Below, one piece after another: positions 1 to 7,335 of a stretch of 64,000 nt of DNA (position 1 is its first letter; each line of letters starts with the position of its first letter). The position numbers were made by a program, and so were the translations under genes. The notes below the pieces were generated by a model that was given only the letters and a program-made list of their open reading frames with translations, was not told the origin of the DNA and searched no databases. The stretch is from Akkermansia sp. (GTDB taxonomy: Bacteria > Verrucomicrobiota > Verrucomicrobiia > Verrucomicrobiales > Akkermansiaceae), in NCBI GenBank assembly GCA_017415555.1, contig JAFQGF010000010.1:1272-65271 (forward strand). The letters run 5' to 3'.

Positions 1-209
1 TGTTGGACAACATGAGCCCGGAGGATATGGCCAAGGCTGTGGAAATGCGTGGTAAAAACAAGAAGCCCTACTTTGAAGCCAGTGGCGGCCTGACACTGGA
101 GACAGCCCCCGCAGCCGCCGAGAGTGGAGTGGACTACATGAGCTTCGGTTGTCTCACGCACTCGGTGCCCTCCATGGATCTGGGGCTGGATTTCACCGTA
201 GAGCGTTAA
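1..209 (+). CDS. nadC: Nicotinate-nucleotide pyrophosphorylase (quinolinate phosphoribosyltransferase), 3' fragment cut by window edge
   Basis: LDNM...EASGG.T......A.SGVDYMS.G.LTHS...MDLGLD is the typical NadC C-terminus. Confidence 0.9.
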   Translation, partial: LDNMSPEDMAKAVEMRGKNKKPYFEASGGLTLETAPAAAESGVDYMSFGCLTHSVPSMDLGLDFTVER

Positions 210-222
210 GCCCGGCAACGGC

Positions 223-1353
223 ATGGAACTCAGCCCGAGAGAGGCTCTCATCACCCTCAACCTGATACCCGGGCTGGGTTCCGTGCGCATACAATCATTG
301 CTGGAGTTTTTCGGCTCTGCCGAGCTGGCACTGGCGGCCCCGGCTCAGATACTGGAGCAGGTACCTCGCATCGGAGCCAGACTTGCGAGAGCGATTGCAG
401 GCTGGAGAGATTGCACCAACGTGCACGCCGAATTGGCATGCGCTGCCGAACATGGTGTACGTATTGTAACCATCCTCGATGCCGATTACCCCGCTGCCCT
501 GCGCCGCATGGGAGATCCCCCCATTGCGCTCTACATGCGAGGCGAATACCTGCAAACAGACGCAGACCGCAGCGTGGCCATTGTGGGTACACGTGCAGCC
601 ACCCCCTACGGCATGACACTCGCCCGCCGCTTCGGCCGCGAGCTGGCAGATGCCGGCTGCACCATCATATCCGGCCTCGCCAGGGGTATCGACACCGCCG
701 GGCACTGGGGTGCACTGGATGCCGGCGGGCGCACCCTTGCCGTAATGGGCTGCGGCCTTGCTACCATCTTTCCACAAGAGAATGAGGAGCTAGCCGAGCG
801 CATCTGCCATGGACACGGTGCCCTTGTGAGCGAGTTTCCCATGACGATGCGCCCCGGGCGCACCACATTCCCCCAGCGCAACCGCATCGTAGCCGCCTGG
901 AGCAAGGCCGTGCTCGTGGCAGAAGCCCCCGCCCGCAGCGGGGCGCTGCACACAGCCGGCATTGCAGCGGATTACTATGGCTGCAGCGTTTTTGCCATTC
1001 CCGGCCAGGCGGACAGGCCGGCTTCCGCCGGGTGCCATGCTCTGATTCGGGATGGTGCCATCCTCTGCACTTGCCCGCAGGAACTCCTGCTGGATATGCA
1101 GTGGCGCAACGGTCCGCGACAGCTGGAACTCTTTGAAACGGAAAGTGATGCTGAGCCCACAATCTCCCGGCACCCGGTGGATTGTGCAGACAAGGTCGCC
1201 ATCCTGGCAGCCATTGCAGCCGGGCATGACACCCTAGATGCGCTATGCTGCGCGCTGGGACAAAATGCTATGCAGCTCACCCCGCAGCTCATGCGCCTGC
1301 AAATAGAGCGCGCTCTCCTGCCCCTGCCGGGCGGGCGCTACTCCTGCTGCTGA
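223..1353 (+). CDS. dprA: DNA-processing protein DprA/Smf
   Basis: VAIVGTR, IISGLARGID, SEFP, FPQRNRIVA and SGALHTA motifs; C-terminal winged-helix-like segment. Confidence 0.95.
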   Translation: MELSPREALITLNLIPGLGSVRIQSLLEFFGSAELALAAPAQILEQVPRIGARLARAIAGWRDCTNVHAELACAAEHGVRIVTILDADYPAALRRMGDPPIALYMRGEYLQTDADRSVAIVGTRAATPYGMTLARRFGRELADAGCTIISGLARGIDTAGHWGALDAGGRTLAVMGCGLATIFPQENEELAERICHGHGALVSEFPMTMRPGRTTFPQRNRIVAAWSKAVLVAEAPARSGALHTAGIAADYYGCSVFAIPGQADRPASAGCHALIRDGAILCTCPQELLLDMQWRNGPRQLELFETESDAEPTISRHPVDCADKVAILAAIAAGHDTLDALCCALGQNAMQLTPQLMRLQIERALLPLPGGRYSCC

Positions 1354-1475
1354 ATCTGCGTCCGCAAAAGCATTTCGGAAAAAGCCGTTCCGACAATTTT
1401 CCCCGCAGCTAACGCCTTTTCCCAAAAGAGTTTGCCCGGAATCCTTACAAATGACGCGTTCTCCCTTCTTCCTTC

Positions 1476-1504
1476 TTGCCATAAGACACATTCTCAGGTA
1501 GAAT
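1476..1504 (+). promoter_or_regulatory. Sigma70-type promoter, probably producing a leaderless mRNA
   Basis: TTGCCA-17 bp-TAGAAT, then 7 nt to ATG 1512. Confidence 0.65.
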
Positions 1505-1511
1505 AGAGGCC

Positions 1512-2600
1512 ATGATTAAAAAGCTGGCAGTGGAGGGAGTAACCGTTTTCCCGATGCAGGAGGCATTCGGCTTCGTACCGGGAATAAACATAATTGTAGG
1601 CGGTAACGACTCCGGCAAAAGCCACCTCATGAAGCTCTGCTACGCGCTCACCAAGTGGGGCTGCGATGGCAACCGACGGGAGCTGCCTGAGGTGTGGGCC
1701 GAGGAAAAACGCCTGCGGCGCGACTTGTTGCGCGTGTTCGGCACACACAACCTCACCTCCCTCACCGCCCGCAATCGCGGTAACGGGCAGGCACATGTGC
1801 GGGCATCTCTGGTGGGCAACAAGGTTCCGCCCGGTGCTGCTGAGCTGGATTTCCACTTTACCGCCGGCCAGGAGGAGGAAGGGCTGCACATCAAAAAACT
1901 TCCGCAACGTTTTCTGGAGGAGAACGCAGTCTTCATCTCACCACGCGAGGTGCTCTCCATTTACCCCTGCTACATGCAGGCAGGCAAACGCTACCCGGAG
2001 CTGCTGGATTCTGCCAGCTGGGAGCTCTGCCGGGCACTGGAGGAGGAGCCGGGCGGCACTCCCATCCCGGAAAGCCTGCGTTTCGTTATTAAGCAGATAG
2101 AAAAGTTACTCTCCGGTACACTGCAACGCATCAACGGCCGTTTCTACCTGAAGCGCCCCGGTCAGGAGCCGCTGGAGCTCAACCTGGTGGCAGAAGGGTT
2201 CAAGCGCATCGGCACACTGGGGCTGCTCATTGGCAATGGCACAGTGCGTACCGGCACCTCCCTCTTCTGGGACGAGCCGGAAATGAACATCAACACCACG
2301 CACCTTCCTGTCCTCGTGAGCATCGTCCTGGGGCTCTGCCGTGCCGGGGTGCAGGTGATGCTCACCACGCACAGTCTCTTCCTGCTGCGGGAGCTGGTTA
2401 TCCAGCTGGCAGAGCCCGCCAACGAAAAACTGTCCCGCCGATTCTTCGGCTTACAACCTCCCGGCAACAGCCAATGCGGCGTACGGACCTCCACAGGTAA
2501 TTCGCTGGATGAAATTGACCACCTCGACAGCCTGGAAGCAGAAATGGAGCAGGCCGACCGCTACCTCAATATGAACTTCGAACCCACAGAGCCGGCATAA
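1512..2600 (+). CDS. ABC-type/AAA ATPase (AAA_15/AAA_21-like, non-transporter)
   Basis: Walker A GGNDSGKS near the N-terminus, degenerate signature AEGFKR, Walker B LFWDEPE, H-loop TTHS; no permease nearby. Confidence 0.85.
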   Translation: MIKKLAVEGVTVFPMQEAFGFVPGINIIVGGNDSGKSHLMKLCYALTKWGCDGNRRELPEVWAEEKRLRRDLLRVFGTHNLTSLTARNRGNGQAHVRASLVGNKVPPGAAELDFHFTAGQEEEGLHIKKLPQRFLEENAVFISPREVLSIYPCYMQAGKRYPELLDSASWELCRALEEEPGGTPIPESLRFVIKQIEKLLSGTLQRINGRFYLKRPGQEPLELNLVAEGFKRIGTLGLLIGNGTVRTGTSLFWDEPEMNINTTHLPVLVSIVLGLCRAGVQVMLTTHSLFLLRELVIQLAEPANEKLSRRFFGLQPPGNSQCGVRTSTGNSLDEIDHLDSLEAEMEQADRYLNMNFEPTEPA

Positions 2601-2602
2601 GC

Positions 2603-3373
2603 GTGTTCCAAGCCGGTACCAGCTGCGTGGAAGGACTGCACCGCTTTAATTTTGAAGCGGGGTACTATGTGTGCCGTTTCGAATGCTCCCCCTTCTACTC
2701 GCACCACGCCCAGAACTTCTGCAACAGCTGCAAGGAGATGGATTTCGTGCTCTATCACCCCGGTAAAAAAGAACTCTGGCTCATCGAGGTGAAAGATTAC
2801 CGCTTCAACGCCCGCCCCAAAGTGCGGGATTTGGTGGAAAAACTGTGCCGCAAGGTACGCGATTGCCTCTTCCTGCTGCGTGCGGCAGCCCTCTGTGCGC
2901 CGGAGGAATCGCCGGCAGAAGGCATCTCGCTACGGGATATTGCGCGCATGAGCCTGCAGGCCAAGCATATCCGCGTGGCATTCACCATCGAGCTGGCCCG
3001 CACCGGCCTCTTCCCGCCCAAGAGCCTGCTGGCCACTATCAAAGACCTGCTGTACCGCCAGATTCGCTTTATCGACCCGGACATGGTGTGCCTGCCCATC
3101 ACAGAATCCGGCACAGACCCGCGCTGCCCCTGGACCATCACCTCCGCCGGCAATGAGCATTCCTCCCGCATTCAGAAGCGCATCGAGGAAGCTCGCCTCG
3201 CCCGCGAAAAAGAGCAGAAATTAGCCGCAGAAAAAGCACGAGCCGCCGAAAAACGCGAGCGGAAGCGCAAGGCTAAAGCCCGCAAATCCACCCTCCCCCT
3301 CTGGAAACAACGAGCACTGGAGCGCGAGGCCGGCCAGACCGGCACGCATGCAGACAGAAATCGAAAACAGTAA
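2603..3373 (+). CDS. Putative PD-(D/E)XK-fold nuclease with a basic coiled-coil C-terminal tail
   Basis: MDFV...LWLIEVKDY gives the D...ExK pattern; GTG start 2 bp after the ATPase stop; K/R/A/E-rich tail. Confidence 0.65.
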   Translation: MFQAGTSCVEGLHRFNFEAGYYVCRFECSPFYSHHAQNFCNSCKEMDFVLYHPGKKELWLIEVKDYRFNARPKVRDLVEKLCRKVRDCLFLLRAAALCAPEESPAEGISLRDIARMSLQAKHIRVAFTIELARTGLFPPKSLLATIKDLLYRQIRFIDPDMVCLPITESGTDPRCPWTITSAGNEHSSRIQKRIEEARLAREKEQKLAAEKARAAEKRERKRKAKARKSTLPLWKQRALEREAGQTGTHADRNRKQ

Positions 3374-3379
3374 GCATTA

Positions 3380-4057
3380 ATGAAAAAACGCTTCATCATC
3401 ATCCTCGTCCTCTTCCACCTACTGCTGGCAGCGGCCATTCCGCTGCTGATGCGGTATTGGCCCTTCATTCAGCAATATGTACCGCAGATGACGCCCACAG
3501 CTGCCCTACCCGCACCACCGGACAACCTGGCGGCCATGGCGCGGCGCCAAATTGGCGTAACCCTGAAATACGACCCCACCTACGAATCCATTGCCTACCC
3601 CGGCGGGGATATCCCCATCGAGCGCGGCGTCTGCACGGATGTGGTCATCCGCGCCATGCGACTCAAAGGCATCGACTTACAGCAAGAAGTGCACGAGGAT
3701 ATGGCGCACCACTTCTCCGTATACCCTAAGAACTGGGGTCTCAAGAGGCCGGATAAAAACATAGACCACCGCCGCGTGCCCAACCTGCAAACCTACTTCA
3801 CCCGCCGTGGGTGGAATCTGCCCCTCACCGACAACCCGACAGACTACAAGCCCGGCGACATCGTGACCTGCCGGGTCACCAGCGGACGCCCCCACATCAT
3901 GATAGTGAGCGACCGGGCAGACTCTGACGGCACTCCCATGGTTATCCACAACCTCGGCAACGGCACACGGGAAAACCCGCAACTTTTCACCTTCGAACTC
4001 ACCGGCCACTACCGCCCCGTCTACAAGCAAAAGAAAGTACCTCGCACAGCCCCATGA
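3380..4057 (+). CDS. DUF1287 (YijF-like) exported protein, copy 1
   Basis: YPGGDIPIERGVCTDVVIRA and PDKNIDHRRVPNL motifs; hydrophobic N-terminus. Confidence 0.9.
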   Translation: MKKRFIIILVLFHLLLAAAIPLLMRYWPFIQQYVPQMTPTAALPAPPDNLAAMARRQIGVTLKYDPTYESIAYPGGDIPIERGVCTDVVIRAMRLKGIDLQQEVHEDMAHHFSVYPKNWGLKRPDKNIDHRRVPNLQTYFTRRGWNLPLTDNPTDYKPGDIVTCRVTSGRPHIMIVSDRADSDGTPMVIHNLGNGTRENPQLFTFELTGHYRPVYKQKKVPRTAP

Positions 4058-4617
4058 AAAGCCACCTTCTCCTGCTCGCGGCACTTGCTGCTACAGCCTT
4101 CGCTGATTCCCGCCTGCCTGAACTCGCCCGCCGCCAGATTGGAGTAACGGTGGTGTACGACGGCTCATACGAAAGCCTCTCCTACCCCAACGGAGACGTC
4201 CCCATTGAGCGTGGGGTGTGTACAGATGTTGTCATCCGCGCCATGCGACACCTCCATTTCGACCTGCAGAAGGAAGTGCACGAGGACATGAAACGCAACT
4301 TCTCACGATACCCTAAACGCTGGGGACTCAAACGCCCGGATAAAAACATAGACCACCGCCGCGTGCCCAACCTGCAGACGTTCTTCAAACGCAAGGGCTG
4401 GAGCCTGCCCGTCACGCAAAATCCTGACGACTACCACCCCGGCGACCTCGTCACCTGCATCGTGGGTAGCAGCCTGCCCCACATCATGATTGTAAGCGAC
4501 CGCAAAAGCGCCGAGGGTATCCCCCTCATCATCCACAACATCGGCGGTGGCACCGAAGAGGAGGATTGCCTCTTCACCTTCCCCCTGAATGGGCACTACA
4601 GGCCGAAACTGAAGTAA
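4054..4617 (+). CDS. DUF1287 (YijF-like) exported protein, copy 2
   Basis: Same motifs as copy 1; signal peptide ending AFA; ATGA overlap with copy 1. Confidence 0.9.
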   Translation: MKSHLLLLAALAATAFADSRLPELARRQIGVTVVYDGSYESLSYPNGDVPIERGVCTDVVIRAMRHLHFDLQKEVHEDMKRNFSRYPKRWGLKRPDKNIDHRRVPNLQTFFKRKGWSLPVTQNPDDYHPGDLVTCIVGSSLPHIMIVSDRKSAEGIPLIIHNIGGGTEEEDCLFTFPLNGHYRPKLK

Positions 4618-4618
4618 T

Positions 4619-4654
4619 CAATGACGCGCCGGGGCAATGACGCGCCGGGGCAAT
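4619..4654. repeat. 16-bp tandem duplication CAATGACGCGCCGGGG x2 (+CAAT)
   Basis: Exact copies at 4619-4634 and 4635-4650, filling the gap between two convergent stops. Confidence 0.9.
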
Positions 4655-4656
4655 TC

Positions 4657-5607
4657 TCAGAAGCGGAAATCCACCCCGGCAGATACATACAGAGCCGGCT
4701 TGTAGTGGTGATTCTCGTAGGCGTCCTTGCGCCCATTGCGCTCCAGGAACTGGGCATTGGTGGTGAGCGTAGAGCCTATCGCCGCGGTGATAATGCGTTT
4801 TGTCTGGCCGGGCTGCGAAAAATCGTACTCAAACATAGCCCCCGCTACCAGAGAACGAACGCGGAAAATGCGGTCGCCACGCTCCGTACCTACCGACCAG
4901 ATGCCACCACGAGAGGCCAGGAAAGGTCCGAAAGAAAGACGCTCCGTGGCATGATACATGGCCTGCAACTGGTAGCCCTTCAGGCTCACCGTCCAGTCTG
5001 CATTCGGTCGCCAATCAAAGCGCACCATGGGCAACACCCCATATTCCGCAAATCGGGGGGAAGCCGCCAGCCCAAGAGAATAGGAGAATTTTTCGCTCTG
5101 CTTCACTGTATAAAAGGCATAGGCCACCAAATCGAACCCCTTCTCCGCAGCATCGCAGTCCGCCGCAATCTCCGGCGCGAGCCCATAAGTCCAGAGCCGA
5201 CCATTCGGCATCTGAGTGATGAATGTGATGGGCAAAGCAAAGTTGTACACCTCATCATTGGCCAAATCCAGTGTGCCGCCCGTATTCAGAATCGTAATCT
5301 TAGCGTCAAACTGCAGGTTTATCATCGTATCTCCCCACCCGGTCTTGCGGGGATCCAGAAACGGCACCGTTATACCGTAGCTCTGCAAGCTCAGCTCCGA
5401 GTTACCACCATGGCGCTCGCCCATGCGCGTGAACCACTCGACACGCCCATAACTCGGCAACAACCCTGTGTCCGGCATGCCATAATGCCAACCAACAGGC
5501 ATTGACTCCTGCCCGGCCAGCGCCATCCCGCCAGCCAATACCACCGCTGATACGATGTTCATCGCTCTCATGCCCCGCATTGTAACACCTTTGTTACCAT
5601 TTTGCAA
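4657..5607 (-). CDS. Putative outer-membrane beta-barrel protein (true start probably a downstream Met)
   Basis: Signal-like AVVLAGGMALA, alternating aromatic strands, C-terminal YVSAGVDFRF. Confidence 0.7.
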   Translation of the reverse strand: MQNGNKGVTMRGMRAMNIVSAVVLAGGMALAGQESMPVGWHYGMPDTGLLPSYGRVEWFTRMGERHGGNSELSLQSYGITVPFLDPRKTGWGDTMINLQFDAKITILNTGGTLDLANDEVYNFALPITFITQMPNGRLWTYGLAPEIAADCDAAEKGFDLVAYAFYTVKQSEKFSYSLGLAASPRFAEYGVLPMVRFDWRPNADWTVSLKGYQLQAMYHATERLSFGPFLASRGGIWSVGTERGDRIFRVRSLVAGAMFEYDFSQPGQTKRIITAAIGSTLTTNAQFLERNGRKDAYENHHYKPALYVSAGVDFRF

Positions 5608-5799
5608 GTATTATATTTATTTAATCATTCTTAACCTTTCTGTGCGCTGTGGAATCATAGCAACGTTTTCTCTGAGGCACTACACTTCATCGCCGCTATT
5701 TCCCCAAGTCGGTAACTTTTGGATTTTTTTCGTCTTTTCTGCAAAAAAGTACACCACATTCTCGAATTTTTTGCTGCGAGATGCGTCTATGTATGTAGA

Positions 5800-6090
5800 G
5801 AGCGCTCCTGCCATGACAGCAGACGAAACGAACGAACAGATTTCCACAGCCCCCACCGCGGAAAAGGCGGGGGATTTGACTACCCGCATGCAATCCCCTG
5901 CGGTGGCCCGGTAGCAACATTTGCACCGAGGCTACCGCAGGGGCTGCAGCAGGTACTTCTCCCCTCAGACAGAAAAGCCCCACGTCATCCAAACACCAGA
6001 TGGTCTGCAACTTCTGGAGCAAGACAGAAGACCGGTTGCAGACATGCGACATCTCCCACCATCGGCCTTCCGCAACGAAGGATTATTAGT
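5800..6090 (+). ncRNA. Candidate structured RNA of unknown family (five hairpins)
   Basis: Stems 5895-5908/5930-5943 (14 bp, one G-U), 6003-6011/6035-6043, 5850-5873 and 6066-6081, separated by A-rich linkers; no convincing CDS. Confidence 0.45.
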
Positions 6091-6221
6091 TAAAATTCCC
6101 GATTTTTTGCTGTTTTTTGATAGAAATCACAAAAAATACTAGCGTTACCTCTAGCTTTGTGATAGAATAAGCGTGTTCCCAAGAGGGAGAGAATCTACAA
6201 TCATACAGAATTGCACAAGCT

Positions 6222-7238
6222 ATGAACGATCTCACCAAGCCTTTCAAGCGTCTGCCTGTGGCTCTCATCGGCACGGGTTCCTATGTACCGGAAACCCGCC
6301 TGACAAACTCCGATTTAGAGAAAATGGTAGACACGTCCAACGAGTGGATTATTGAGCGCACCGGCATTGAGGAACGTCGTATTGCAGCCCCGGGCGAAAA
6401 AACCAGCGACATGGCCACCCAAGCAGCCAAGCGTGCCATGGAGGCAGCGGGTGTCACGCCGGAGGAAATCGACCTCATCATCGTCGGCACAGTAACGCCG
6501 GACACCTTTACCCCCTCCACCGCCTGCTACGTGCAAGCCAACATCGGCGCCGTCAACGCCGCTGCATTCGACATTTCCGCGGCCTGCTCCAGCTTCCTTT
6601 TCGCCCTGAAGACAGCCGTGCAGTACATCGGCTGCGGCCAGGCAAAAACAGCCCTCATCATCTCCTCGGAGAAGCTCAGCCACATCGTAAACTGGGAGGA
6701 TCGCAGCACATGCGTACTCTTCGGAGACGGGGCAGGTGCGGCCGTATTGCGCACCGGCACAGGCATTGAGGGCGACAGCGCCATTTTGGCATCCGACATC
6801 GGCTCAGATGGCACACTGACCGACCTGCTGATGGTGCCTGGTGGTGGCTCAGCCATTCCCACCACAGAGGACAACATCCACGAGAAGCTCTACACACTGG
6901 CCATGCGCGGCAACGAAGTGTTCCGCTACGCCGTGGCTCACATGAAGGATTCCGCACTCTCGCTCATCGAGCGTACCGGCATCAAACCGGAAGAGGTGGA
7001 CGTCGTCATTCCTCACCAAGCCAACCTGCGCATCATCAACGCTGTGGCTCAGCGACTCGGAATCCCCGTTGAGCGAGTATTCATCAACCTGCAGAAGTAC
7101 GGCAACACCTCCGGTGCCGCCTGCGCCATTGCTCTGGACGAAGCCATCCGCACCGGTAAAGCGAAGAAAGGCGACATCGTACTGATGGTTACCTTCGGAG
7201 CCGGCCTTACCTGGAGCAGTGCAGCCATACGACTGTAA
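6222..7238 (+). CDS. fabH: 3-oxoacyl-ACP synthase III
   Basis: DTSNEWIIERTGI, AACSSF (catalytic Cys), LFGDGAGA, PHQAN, YGNTS and FGAGLTW. Confidence 0.97.
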   Translation: MNDLTKPFKRLPVALIGTGSYVPETRLTNSDLEKMVDTSNEWIIERTGIEERRIAAPGEKTSDMATQAAKRAMEAAGVTPEEIDLIIVGTVTPDTFTPSTACYVQANIGAVNAAAFDISAACSSFLFALKTAVQYIGCGQAKTALIISSEKLSHIVNWEDRSTCVLFGDGAGAAVLRTGTGIEGDSAILASDIGSDGTLTDLLMVPGGGSAIPTTEDNIHEKLYTLAMRGNEVFRYAVAHMKDSALSLIERTGIKPEEVDVVIPHQANLRIINAVAQRLGIPVERVFINLQKYGNTSGAACAIALDEAIRTGKAKKGDIVLMVTFGAGLTWSSAAIRL

Positions 7239-7335
7239 GGTGCAAGTTACAGATTGCGACCGGGTAGCCAAAGTCGGACCACAGTGCAAGCATACGCGGC
7301 CGACCGACCTCGTAATTTGTGACTCGTAATATTTC

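Noticed and set aside
5813-6142. MTADETNEQ... ORF interrupted by a single in-frame TAG (5912-5914) inside a hairpin, suggesting readthrough or pyrrolysine
   Set aside because: The joined peptide has no recognisable features or host codon bias, TAG appears to terminate a gene normally elsewhere (LemA gene), and the RNA-structure explanation is simpler
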